DNA of 64,000 bases from Alphaproteobacteria bacterium. GTDB lineage: Bacteria > Pseudomonadota > Alphaproteobacteria > Geminicoccales > Geminicoccaceae. A program made the position numbers and the translations under genes. Of the stretch, positions 50,982-60,700 are shown piece by piece. Positions within the stretch are counted from its first letter, which is position 1. Every line of letters begins with the position of its first letter. The DNA is taken from NCBI GenBank assembly GCA_009908425.1, contig JAAAPF010000310.1, positions 502 through 64,501 on the forward strand. The letters are read 5' to 3'. The notes under the pieces were generated by a model. The model saw only the letters and a program-made list of their open reading frames with translations. It searched no databases and was not told where the DNA came from.

Positions 50982-51010
50982 CCGCGCCGGAACGTCACCG
51001 GCGCGGCTTT
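50982..51010 (+). terminator. rpsO terminator / pnp leader hairpin
   Basis: Perfect 9-bp GC stem ccgcgccgg / aacgtca / ccggcgcgg, followed by cttt. It lies 12 nt after the rpsO stop and 17 nt before the pnp ATG. This is the position of the known rpsO-pnp attenuator and processing hairpin in other bacteria. Confidence 0.55.
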
Positions 51011-51026
51011 GGAAGGTAAGAGATCC

Positions 51027-53198
51027 ATGTTCAAGATTACGCGACGCGAGGTGGAGTGGGCGGGTCGCCCGCTCCTGCTCGAAACCGGTCACGTGGCTCG
51101 CCAGGCCGACGGCGCGGTCCTCGCGACCTACGGCGAGACCGCCGTGCTGGCGACCGTGGTGGGGGTCAAGGAGGTCAATCCGACCCAGGACTTCTTTCCG
51201 CTCACGGTCCATTACCAGGAGCGCACCTTCGCCGCCGGTAAGATCCCGGGCGGCTTCTTCAAGCGCGAGGGCCGGCCGACCGAGAAGGAGACGCTGACCT
51301 CGCGCCTGATCGACCGTCCGCTGCGGCCGCTGTTTCACCCGCGCTTCAAGAACGAGACGCAGGTGATCTGCACGGTCCTGTCCTACGACCAGGAGAACGA
51401 CCCCGACATCGTGGCGATGGTGGCGGCGAGCGGGGCGCTGACGGTCTCGGGCATTCCGTTCCTGGGCCCGATCGGCGGCGCCCGGGTCGGCCGCGTCGGG
51501 GGCGAGTTGGTGCTCAATCCCACCATGCAGCAGATGGCCGAGAGCGAGCTCGATCTGGTCGTCGCCGGTACCGCCGACGCGGTGATGATGGTCGAGAGCG
51601 AGGCCCAAGAGCTCGGCGAGGACGCGATGCTCGAGGCCGTGATGTTCGGCCATCGCGGCTTCCAGCCGGTGATCGACGCCATCATCTCGCTCGCCGAGGT
51701 GGCGGCCAAGACGCCCTGGGACGTGCCCGAGGTCGACCACGGCGACCTGCCGGAGCGGGTGCGCGCGCTGGTCGCCGACGACCTCAAGGCGGCCTATCGC
51801 GAGCCCGAGAAGGCGGCGCGCCACGACAAGATCGCCGCCGCCAAGGCCAAGGCGCACGCCGAACTCGACGGCGACGACGGGGCCCGCGCGCGGCCGGTCT
51901 CCGACCTCCTCAAGGGCGTCGAGAGCGACATCGTCCGCGGCGAGATCCTGGAGACCGGCAACCGTATCGACGGCCGCGACACCAAGACGGTACGGCCGAT
52001 CCTGTCCGAGGTCGGCGTCCTGCCGCGCGTCCACGGCAGCGCCATCTTCACCCGTGGCGAGACCCAGGCCTTCGTGGTGGCGACGCTCGGCACCGGCCAG
52101 GACGAGCAGATGATCGACGCGCTCGAGGGCGAGTACCGCGAGCGCTTCCTCCTCCACTACAACTTCCCGCCCTACTCGGTCGGCGAGACCGGCCGGGTCG
52201 GCAACCCGGGACGGCGCGAGGTCGGCCACGGCAAGCTGGCCTGGCGCGCCACCCGCCCGCTGCTGCCGGCGAAGGAGGAATTCCCCTACACCATCCGCGT
52301 GGTCTCGGAGATCACCGAGTCCAACGGCTCGTCGTCGATGGCGACGGTGTGCGGGACCTCGCTCGCGCTGATGGACGCCGGCGTGCCGATGCCGCGGCCG
52401 GTTGCCGGCATCGCCATGGGGCTGATCAAGGAGGACGACCGCTTCGCGGTGCTCTCCGACATCCTCGGCGACGAGGACCATCTAGGTGACATGGACTTCA
52501 AGGTCGCCGGCACCACCGAAGGTGTCACCTCGCTGCAAATGGACATCAAGATCGCCGGCATCACCGAGGAGATCATGCGGGTGGCGCTCGATCAGGCGCG
52601 CGCCGGCCGCCTGCACATCCTCGAGGAGATGGGGCGCGCGCTGGTCGAGGCCCGGCCCGAGCTCCGCGACACCGTCCCGCGCGTCACCACGATCAAGATC
52701 CCGCAGGACAAGATCGGCGCGGTCATCGGGCCGGGCGGTAAGGTCATCCGCGAGATCACCGAGACCACCGGTACCAAGATCGACATCGGCGAGGACGGCG
52801 TCGTCAAGGTGGCGGCGACCGACGGCGAGGCGTCCAAGCGGGCGATCGCCTGGATCGAGGGTCTCACCGCGACCCCGGAGGTCGGGCGGATCTACGAGGG
52901 GACGGTGGCGCGCGTCGTCGACTTCGGCGCCTTCGTCAACTTCCTCGGCCCGCACGACGGCCTTTGCCACATCTCGGAACTGTCCGACGAGCGGGTCGGC
53001 AAGGTCACCGACGTCCTCAACGAGGGCGACCGGGTGAAGGTCAAGGTGCTCGCCATCGACGACCGCGGTAAGGTCAAGCTGAGCCGGCGCGCCGTCGACC
53101 AGGAGACCGGCGAGGAACTCGAGGTGAAGCCCAAGGGCGCCGCCGCCGGCGACGGTGAGACCGACGGCGGCGGGCGCCGGCGGCGGCGCGCGGGTTGA
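51027..53198 (+). CDS. pnp: Polyribonucleotide nucleotidyltransferase (PNPase)
   Basis: [43 protein letters not shown], and two RNase PH domains followed by KH and S1 domains. 723 aa. Confidence 0.96.
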   Translation: MFKITRREVEWAGRPLLLETGHVARQADGAVLATYGETAVLATVVGVKEVNPTQDFFPLTVHYQERTFAAGKIPGGFFKREGRPTEKETLTSRLIDRPLRPLFHPRFKNETQVICTVLSYDQENDPDIVAMVAASGALTVSGIPFLGPIGGARVGRVGGELVLNPTMQQMAESELDLVVAGTADAVMMVESEAQELGEDAMLEAVMFGHRGFQPVIDAIISLAEVAAKTPWDVPEVDHGDLPERVRALVADDLKAAYREPEKAARHDKIAAAKAKAHAELDGDDGARARPVSDLLKGVESDIVRGEILETGNRIDGRDTKTVRPILSEVGVLPRVHGSAIFTRGETQAFVVATLGTGQDEQMIDALEGEYRERFLLHYNFPPYSVGETGRVGNPGRREVGHGKLAWRATRPLLPAKEEFPYTIRVVSEITESNGSSSMATVCGTSLALMDAGVPMPRPVAGIAMGLIKEDDRFAVLSDILGDEDHLGDMDFKVAGTTEGVTSLQMDIKIAGITEEIMRVALDQARAGRLHILEEMGRALVEARPELRDTVPRVTTIKIPQDKIGAVIGPGGKVIREITETTGTKIDIGEDGVVKVAATDGEASKRAIAWIEGLTATPEVGRIYEGTVARVVDFGAFVNFLGPHDGLCHISELSDERVGKVTDVLNEGDRVKVKVLAIDDRGKVKLSRRAVDQETGEELEVKPKGAAAGDGETDGGGRRRRRAG

Positions 53199-53241
53199 GG
53201 ACACCCGCGCCGTCGTCTCGTTCAAAGAAGGGAGAGCTGGC

Positions 53242-54639
53242 ATGAACCTCGTCAAAGCGCTCCGCATTTCCGGAGCCGACGTCCTGCCGCTGTTCGAGGG
53301 TGGCAAGGGCGTGGCCGTCACCAACGGCGTCAGCGCCGGGGCCTGGGCGGCCACCGGCGGCGTCGGCACCTTCTCCGGGGTCAACGCCGATTTCATCGAC
53401 GAACTCGGCCGGCACGTCCCGTTGATCTACCGCGGGCGCACCCGCAAGGACCGCCACGACGAGTTGATGGAACACTCGATCCAGGGCGGCGTCAGCCAAG
53501 CCAAGATCGCCCACGACATGAGCGGCGGTGCGGGCCGCATCCACATGAACGTGCTGTGGGAGATGGCCGGCTGCGAGCGCGTCCTGCACGGCGTACTCGA
53601 GCAGGCGAAGGGTTTGATCCACGGCATCACCTGCGGTGCGGGGATGCCCTATCGGCTCTCGGAGATCGCCGCGCAGTACGGCGTGCACTATCACCCGATC
53701 GTGTCGTCGGGACGCGCCTTCCGGGCGCTGTGGAAGCGGGCCTACCACCGCTTCTCGGACTGGCTGGGCTCGGTGGTCTACGAGGACCCCTGGCTCGCCG
53801 GCGGCCACAACGGCCTCTCCAACAACGAGGACCCGACCACCGCCCAGGACCCCTACCCGCGCGTCGCCGAACTGCGCCGGACGATGCGCAAGGTCGGCCT
53901 CGACGACACGCCGATCGTCATGGCCGGCGGGGTCTGGTGGCTGCGGGACTGGTCCGACTGGATCGACAATCCCGAACTCGGCCCGATCGCCTTTCAGTTC
54001 GGCACCCGGCCCTTGTTGACCCAGGAGAGCCCGATCCCCGAGGTCTGGAAGCAGCGCCTGTTGGAGCTCGAGCCCGGCGACGTGCTGTTGCAGCGCTTCA
54101 GTCCGACCGGGTTCTACTCCTCGGCGGTCAACAACGCCTTCATGCAGGAACTCATCGGGCGCAGCGAACGCCAGGCCCCCTACCGCGAGGCGGCGGAGGG
54201 CGAGTTCACCTCCGCGCTCACGCTCAACGCCCGCGGCAAGCAGGTCTATCTCACCGCCGAGGACGCCGTCCGCGTCGAAGACTGGCGGGAACAGGGCTTC
54301 ACCACCGCGATGCGGACCCCGGACGAAACCTTGGTCTTCGTCACGCCGGACGCGGCGCGGCAGATCAAGCGCGATCAGGCCGACTGCATGGGCTGCTTGT
54401 CGCAGTGCCGCTTCTCGAACTGGGCCACCAACGAGACCAACACGACCGGTCATTTGCCCGATCCGCGCTCGTTCTGCATCCAGAAAACCTTGCAGGACAT
54501 CAGTCACGGCGGCGACATCGAGCACAATTTGATGTTCGCGGGGCACAATGTCTTCAAGTTCCGGCAGGATCCGTTTTATGCGAACGGCTTCGTGCCGACG
54601 GTGCGGCAATTGGTACAACGGATCCGCGCCGGGGATTGA
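53242..54639 (+). CDS. Nitronate monooxygenase (2-nitropropane dioxygenase)-family flavoprotein, long form with Cys-rich C-terminal extension
   Basis: GAAGGGAGAG Shine-Dalgarno and ATG 53242. GGKGVAVTNG, ITCGAGMPY and LAGGHNG are NMO/IMPDH-fold-like patches. 465 aa. Confidence 0.75.
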   Translation: MNLVKALRISGADVLPLFEGGKGVAVTNGVSAGAWAATGGVGTFSGVNADFIDELGRHVPLIYRGRTRKDRHDELMEHSIQGGVSQAKIAHDMSGGAGRIHMNVLWEMAGCERVLHGVLEQAKGLIHGITCGAGMPYRLSEIAAQYGVHYHPIVSSGRAFRALWKRAYHRFSDWLGSVVYEDPWLAGGHNGLSNNEDPTTAQDPYPRVAELRRTMRKVGLDDTPIVMAGGVWWLRDWSDWIDNPELGPIAFQFGTRPLLTQESPIPEVWKQRLLELEPGDVLLQRFSPTGFYSSAVNNAFMQELIGRSERQAPYREAAEGEFTSALTLNARGKQVYLTAEDAVRVEDWREQGFTTAMRTPDETLVFVTPDAARQIKRDQADCMGCLSQCRFSNWATNETNTTGHLPDPRSFCIQKTLQDISHGGDIEHNLMFAGHNVFKFRQDPFYANGFVPTVRQLVQRIRAGD

Positions 54640-54652
54640 GATTGACACGGTG

Positions 54653-54683
54653 CGCAATCGGCACCAATTTCGTGCTAATTGCG
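54653..54683. promoter_or_regulatory. Inverted repeat (12-nt arms with 2 mismatches, 7-nt spacer) in the irr upstream region
   Basis: cgcaatcggcac / caatttc / gtgctaattgcg. A consensus TTGACA sits at 54642..54647, just upstream. It is the only AT-richer stretch between the NMO stop (54639) and the irr start. Confidence 0.3.
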
Positions 54684-54712
54684 TAAACCGGTCGTGAGTG
54701 ATCGAAGTGGGA

Positions 54713-55123
54713 ATGGGCACGTACAGCGAGGCGATCGACCACCTGAAGGGTGCGGGGTTGCGACCGACCCGGCAACGCCTCTCGCTGGCGCGCCTCCTGT
54801 TCGCCGACGGTCACCGCCACGTCTCCGCCGAAGAGCTGTTCCAGGAGGCCCGCAACGCCGACATCCAGGTGTCGCTGGCGACCATCTACAACACGCTCCA
54901 TCAGTTCACCGACGCGGGTCTGCTGCGCGAGGTGCCGGTCGACAGCGGCCAGTCCTACTTCGACACCAACGTCGACCATCACCATCACTTCTTCGTCCCC
55001 GAAACGGGTGAGGTGATGGACATCGACAGCGAGGCGATCGGGCTCGACGATGCGCCGCCGCCACCCGACGGCTACGCGGTCGAGCGCGTCGACGTCGTCG
55101 TCCGCCTGCGCAAGGTCGACTGA
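54713..55123 (+). CDS. irr: Iron response regulator Irr (Fur family)
   Basis: GLRPTRQRLSLARLLFADGHRHVSAEELFQEA...VSLATIYNTLHQFTDAGLLREV...YFDTNVDHHHHFF...VERVDVVVRLRK is near-collinear with Bradyrhizobium/Rhizobium Irr as I remember it, including the His-rich (HxH) heme site. Confidence 0.85.
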   Translation: MGTYSEAIDHLKGAGLRPTRQRLSLARLLFADGHRHVSAEELFQEARNADIQVSLATIYNTLHQFTDAGLLREVPVDSGQSYFDTNVDHHHHFFVPETGEVMDIDSEAIGLDDAPPPPDGYAVERVDVVVRLRKVD

Positions 55124-55160
55124 GCGCACGGTCCCGTCGCCCCCTCGCCCGGCAACACGG

Positions 55161-55763
55161 ATGGATCCCCCGGTTCCGCCCGACGCTGCGCGCATCGGTC
55201 CCAACGCGTTGATCCGCACCGCCGAGGCGTTGACCGCGCGGCTGGGCGAGCCGACATGCCGGCGGGTCCTCGACGCGGCCGGCCTCGAGCGCTACGCCGC
55301 CGCGCCGCCGGCGGTGATGGTGCCCGAGGACGAGGTGGTGGCCTTACACCGCGCGGTGCGCGCGGTGCTCGACCGGCCCACGGCCGATGCGGTCATGCAC
55401 GACGCCGGGGTGCGCACCGCCCGCTACCTCCTGGCCCATCGCATTCCGCGACCGGCGCAGCGCGTCCTGCGCGCGCTGCCCGCCGGTCTCGCCGCCCGCC
55501 TCCTGCTGGGGCTGATCGCGCGCCACGCCTGGACCTTCGCGGGCTCCGCCGAGCTCCAGATCGTTCACGGGAAGCCGGCGCGCGTGATCTTCCACGGCTC
55601 GCCGCTGGCGCGGGTGGAGGCGGGAGACCGCCCGGTCTGCGGGTTCTACGTCGCCACCTTCGAGACGCTCTTTCGCGCCCTCGTCGATGCCCGCACCGTC
55701 GCCCGCGAGACCGCCTGCGCCGCGACCGGCGCGGCGGCCTGCACGCTGGAGCTCAGCTGGTAG
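55161..55763 (+). CDS. BchJ-like V4R-domain protein (bacteriochlorophyll 4-vinyl reductase family)
   Basis: ARIGPNALIRTAEAL..., VALHRAV..., ARYLLAHRIPRPAQRVLRALPAGLAARLL..IARHAWTFAGS... and FETLFRALV...RETACAATGAAACTLEL match the remembered BchJ pattern. 200 aa. Confidence 0.7.
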   Translation: MDPPVPPDAARIGPNALIRTAEALTARLGEPTCRRVLDAAGLERYAAAPPAVMVPEDEVVALHRAVRAVLDRPTADAVMHDAGVRTARYLLAHRIPRPAQRVLRALPAGLAARLLLGLIARHAWTFAGSAELQIVHGKPARVIFHGSPLARVEAGDRPVCGFYVATFETLFRALVDARTVARETACAATGAAACTLELSW

Positions 55764-56265
55764 GCGAGCCGCCCACCCCCCAGAGCCGCACCCGCGCGAG
55801 CCAGCCACGCCGACCGTCCACCTCGACGAAGCACCATGCCGCCCCCGCCTCGCAGCGCAACAGCCGCGCCACCACCCCGGGGGCGAGCCGGGCCATCGCC
55901 GGCGCCTCGGGCACGGCGCCGCGGCGGAGCACGGCCGCCTCGCCCCGCACCATCACGGTGCGCCGCCCCGACAGCAGGCTGCCGTGGACCCACCCGCGCG
56001 CACCCTCGAAGTCGACCACCTCGCGCCAGTTGCCGAATTCGCCCACGATCTGCAGCGGCAGGCCGTGCCGGCGGTAGATGGCGACGACGTCGTAGCTGCG
56101 CCGGGGCCCGAGCCGCAGATTGGCGACCTCGGTCGCGAGCGAGACGAAGCGCGGCAGCGGCAGGCCGGTGACCTCGCCCACCTCGCCGCGCGCCGGGCCG
56201 CTCGCGGCCACCAACGCCAACACCAGCACCAACGTCGAGACGACTCGCGCCGCGCGATCCACCAC
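55753..56265 (-). CDS. Exported SH3-like domain protein (DUF1058-type)
   Basis: Signal peptide VVSTLVLVLALVAASGPARG, then LPLPRFVSL....ANLRLGPRRSYDVVAIY.R.GLPLQIV.EFGNWREV.DFEGARGWVH..LLSGRR is the canonical bacterial SH3 repeat pattern. Confidence 0.75.
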   Translation of the reverse strand: MVDRAARVVSTLVLVLALVAASGPARGEVGEVTGLPLPRFVSLATEVANLRLGPRRSYDVVAIYRRHGLPLQIVGEFGNWREVVDFEGARGWVHGSLLSGRRTVMVRGEAAVLRRGAVPEAPAMARLAPGVVARLLRCEAGAAWCFVEVDGRRGWLARVRLWGVGGSPTS

Positions 56266-56398
56266 CGCTCACCCCGCCGGATGCGCGCCCCTCCTGCCGC
56301 GAAAGCGGGCGCCGCGCAAGGCCGCCTGCTTGGCCGCCATCCGCTTGTCTGCTACCGCATCGCCTGAGGACGCGGCCGCGAACAGGAGCTACCGCCCG

Positions 56399-57385
56399 AT
56401 GTCTCGATCCCGCCCGCTCGTCGTGGTCACCCGTCGGCTGCCCGAGGCCATCGAGACCCGCATGATGGAGCTCTTCGACACCCGCCTCAATTCCGCCGAC
56501 GAGGCCATGTCCAAGGCCGACCTCATCGAGGCGGTCAAGGTGGCGAACGTGCTGGTGCCGACGGTGACCGACCGCATCGACGCCGCCGTGCTGGCGCACG
56601 CCAACCCGGAGCTGCGGCTCATCGCCAACTACGGCACCGGCGTCGACAACATCGACGTCGACGCCGCCTACAAGCGCGGCATCACGGTCACGAACACCCC
56701 CGGCGTGCTGACCGAGGACACCGCCGACATGACGATGGCCCTGATCCTGGCCGTCGCGCGGCGGCTGACCGAGGGCGAGCGGCTGGCGCGGTCGGGCGAC
56801 TGGGGCGGCTGGACGCCGACGTCGATGCTGGGCCACCGCATCCACGGCAAGCGCCTGGGCATTCTCGGCATGGGCCGGATCGGCACCGCGTTGGCGCGGC
56901 GCGCCCGCGGCTTCGGCATCGCGGTCCACTATCACAACCGCAACCGGGTCCACGATACGGTCGAGCGCGAGCTCGAGGCGACCTTTTGGGACAGCCTCGA
57001 TCAGATGCTGGCGCGGATGGACATCGTCTCCATCAACTGCCCGCACACCCCGGCGACCTACCACCTGCTCTCCGCCCGCCGCCTCAAGCTGATGCGGCCG
57101 CACGCCTATCTGGTGAACACCTCGCGGGGCGAGGTCGTCGACGAGCTGGCGCTGACCCGCATGCTGCGCGACCGCGAACTCGGCGGCGCCGGCCTCGACG
57201 TCTTCGAGCACGAGCCGGCGATCAATCCGAAGCTGCGCGAGCTGCCCAATGTCGTGCTGCTGCCGCACATGGGCAGCGCCACGCTCGAGGGCCGCGTCGA
57301 CATGGGCGAGAAGGTGCTGATCAACATCAAGACCTTCACCGACGGCCACCGCCCGCCGGACCGGGTGCTGCCGGCGCAGGTCTGA
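56399..57385 (+). CDS. D-isomer-specific 2-hydroxyacid dehydrogenase (glyoxylate/hydroxypyruvate reductase-like)
   Basis: GKRLGILGMGRIGTALARRA (NAD-binding GxGxxG), NTSRGEVVDE and LPHMGSAT. AGGAG Shine-Dalgarno before ATG 56399. Confidence 0.88.
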   Translation: MSRSRPLVVVTRRLPEAIETRMMELFDTRLNSADEAMSKADLIEAVKVANVLVPTVTDRIDAAVLAHANPELRLIANYGTGVDNIDVDAAYKRGITVTNTPGVLTEDTADMTMALILAVARRLTEGERLARSGDWGGWTPTSMLGHRIHGKRLGILGMGRIGTALARRARGFGIAVHYHNRNRVHDTVERELEATFWDSLDQMLARMDIVSINCPHTPATYHLLSARRLKLMRPHAYLVNTSRGEVVDELALTRMLRDRELGGAGLDVFEHEPAINPKLRELPNVVLLPHMGSATLEGRVDMGEKVLINIKTFTDGHRPPDRVLPAQV

Positions 57386-57405
57386 GCCCCGCCGGCGCGG
57401 CTCAG
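57382..57405. terminator. Hairpin spanning both stop codons of a convergent gene pair (possible bidirectional terminator)
   Basis: ctgagcc (57382..57388) pairs with ggctcag (57399..57405) around a GC-rich loop. No U-tract on either strand. Confidence 0.35.
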
Positions 57406-57623
57406 ACCCGCTCGCCGACGGCGGCGAGTTCGGGCGGCGAATCGACCAGGTCGCCGATCGGCGCGTTGGGGTCCACGTCGGCCGCGCGCTCCAACAGACG
57501 GGCGAGCTCGTGGACGCGGATCTGCCACGCGGCGTCGCCGGGTTCCGCCGCCCGCAGCACGGCGCTGGCGGCGAGGATCAGTCGTCGCGCGCGAACCTCG
57601 TCGGTCGGCTCGTTTGCGGACAT
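57402..57623 (-). CDS. Hypothetical small protein (73 aa)
   Basis: GGAG lies 8 nt upstream of ATG 57623. Sequence is MSANEPTDEVRARRLILAASAVLRAAEPGDAAWQIRVHELARLLERAADVDPNAPIGDLVDSPPELAAVGERV. High GC3, with no recognisable family. Confidence 0.45.
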   Translation of the reverse strand: MSANEPTDEVRARRLILAASAVLRAAEPGDAAWQIRVHELARLLERAADVDPNAPIGDLVDSPPELAAVGERV

Positions 57624-57758
57624 AGAGAACTCCAAGTTGCGCCGCCGAACCAAGAACGCGCTCCAGCCCGAACGTGGTTTAGGTGTATCCGCATGCGCTC
57701 TGAACGCAAGAGTTGACGTTGCATCGCGAGCGCGACCGTGGCCCGCGCGCCACGTGGG

Positions 57759-60700
57759 TCAGTCGGCCGCCTCCGGCAGTGGCGTGCCCGCCACCGGCGG
57801 GGCGGCGGCGCGGCGGCGGCGGCTCCGCAGGTGCACCGGCAGGTAGAGCAGGCACGGCGTCACCACCAGCGTGAGCACCGTCGCGAAGGCCAGGCCGCCC
57901 GCCACCGCGCTCGCCAGCTGCGACCACCAGTCCATCGACGGCCCGCCCACGGTGATGTCGCGGGTGAAGAGGTCGACGTTGACCCGCAGCGCCATCGGCA
58001 TCAGCCCCAGCACCGTCGTGACCGTCGTCAACAGCACCGGCCGCAGACGCTGGGCGCAGGTGCGCCGCACCGCGTCCCGTGGCTCGAGCCCGTGGCGGCG
58101 CAGCTCGTTGTAGGTGTCGATCAGGACGATGTTGTTGTTCACGACGATGCCGGCGAGCGCGATCACCCCGACCCCGCTCATGATGATGCCGAAGGGCTGG
58201 CCGGTCAGCAGCAACCCCAACAGCACCCCCACCGTCGAGAACACCACGGCGGAGAGGATCAGCGCCGACTGGTAGAAGCTGTTGAACTGGGTCACCAGGA
58301 TCATCGCGATCAGGAACATGGCGACGCCGAAGGCCTTGCCGAGGAAGGCCTGCGCCGCCTTCTGCTCCTCGTCCTCACCCTTGAAGGTGAAGGAGACCCC
58401 GGCGGGCCAGACCTCGGCGTCGAGCCAGGCGCGGAGTTCGCGGACCTTGTCGTCGGCGAGGACGCCCGGCGCCACGTCGGCGGCGACGGTGAACACGCGC
58501 TTGCCGTCGACGCGCTCGATCTCGCTCACCTTCGGGACCGGCTCGCGCTGGACGAAGTTGGCGAGGGGCACCGCCCCGCGCTCGGTCGGCAGGCGCAGCG
58601 CGTCGAGGCGGCCCAGTCCGCGGTCGGTCTCGGGGTAGCGGGCGCGGATGTCGATCTCTTCGTCCGCGTCGTCGGGGCGGTAGGTGCCGACCTTGACGCC
58701 GTTGGTGACCAGCTGGACGAGCGGGCCGACGGTGGTGACGTCGGCGCCGTAGCGGCTGGCCTGGGTGCGGTCGACGTCGATCTCCCACTCGATGCCCGGC
58801 ACCGGCCGCGAGTCGGAAATGTTCACCAGACCATCGAGCCCCTCGAAGCGGGCGCGCACCTGCTCGGTGACCTCGGCCAGCACCGCCGGGCGCACCGCCG
58901 CCACCTCGACACTCACCGGTTTGCCGGTGGGCGGGCCCTGCTCCTCCTCGCGGACCTCGATCTCGACCCCGGCGAGATCGGCGGTGCGGTCCTCGATCTC
59001 GGCCATGATCGTTTGCGCCGGGCGCCGCTCGCGCCAGTGCTCGAATTCGAGCAGGATCAGGCCGACGGTGTCGGCGTCGACGTCCTCGCCGGTGAACCGG
59101 ACCTTGGTGTTGGTGTAGAAGGCGCGCACGCCGTCGACGTCGAGGATGCGGTCCTCGACCTGCCGGACGAGCGCGTCGCGCTCGTAGATCGAGAGGTCGC
59201 CGCGGGCGTGGACCAGCACCTGGGCGCGTTCCGGCTCGACCTCGGGAAAGAACTCGATGCCGCGGCCGAAGGCGCCGTAGGCGGCGTAAACCCCGACGGC
59301 GACGACGAGCGCGGCGACCAGGACCTTGAGCGGATGGGCGAGCGCACGATCGAGCCCGGCGAGATAGAGCCGTGTCGGACCGCGCGCCCGGCCCATCGGA
59401 TCGGCCCGCGCGTCGCCCACCGACGCCGGCTCGCCGCCGTGGCGGCGGGGCGTGCCGCCGATCATGGCGCCGAGGTTGGGCACGAACACCAGCGCCATGA
59501 ACAGCGACGCGGTGAGCGTCGCCAACAGGGTGAGCGGCAGATAGCGCATGAACTCGCCGACGATGCCGGGCCAGAACACCAGCGGGAAGAAGGCCGCCAG
59601 GGTGGTCGCCGTCGCCGCGGTGATCGGCCACGCCATGCGCTGGGCGGCCTCGCGGTAGGCGTCGCGGCGGGGGCGGCCCTCGGCCATGCGGCGGTCGGCG
59701 AGTTCGGTCACGACGATGGCGCCGTCGACCAGCATGCCGACGGCGAGGATCAGGCCGAACAGGACCACCATGTTGACGGTCAGCCCGGCCAGCGCGATGG
59801 CCAGGATGGCGGTGAGGAACGCCCCCGGCACCGCGAAGCCGACCAACAGCGCCGAGCGGAAGCCGAGCGCGGCCACCACCACGATCATCACCAGCGCCAC
59901 CGCCGACAGCACACTGTTCTGCAGATCGTGAAGCATCGAGCGGATGTTGTCGGAGGTGTCCTGGATGAACCCGACCTCGAGCCCGGCCGGAAATTCCGGT
60001 TCGGCCGCCTCGACGACGGCGCGCACGGCGGCGACGGTGTCGAGGATGTTGGTCCCCAGGCGCTTGGAGACCTCGAGCGCGAGCGCCGGCTGGCCGTTCA
60101 CCCGCGCGAAACTCTCGGGATCCTTGAAGCCGCGTCGCACGGTGGCGACGTCGGCGAGCGTGACCACGGTGTCGCCCACCGCCTTCACCGGCATGGCGTA
60201 GATGTCGGCGAGGCTGTCGAACAGGCCCGGCACCTTGATGGCGAAGCGGCCCTGGCCGGTGTCGAGCGTGCCGGCGGCGACCAGCTGGTTGTTGCGGGTG
60301 ACCGATTCGATGATCGCGTCCGCGCGCAGATCGAAGGCTTCGATCTTCTGCGGGTCGATGACGACCTCGACCAGCTCCTCGCGCTTGCCGGCGATCTCGA
60401 CGTCGAGGACCTGCGGCACGCCCTCGACGGCGTCCTGCAACTCCTCGGCGACCCGCACCAGGGTGCGCTCCGGCAGGTCGCCCGAGAGCGTGACCACCAG
60501 CACCGGGAACAGCGCCAGGTTGACCTCTTCGACGACCGGCTCGTCGGTCTCCTGCGGCAGTTCGGCCTTGGCGATGTCGACCTGGGCGCGGACGTCGGCC
60601 AGCGCCGCGTCGATGTCGACGCCGGCCTCGAATTCGAGCGCCACCGAGGCCCGGCCCTCGCCCGCGGTCGACCGCATCTCCTTGACGCCCTCGAGGCCCC

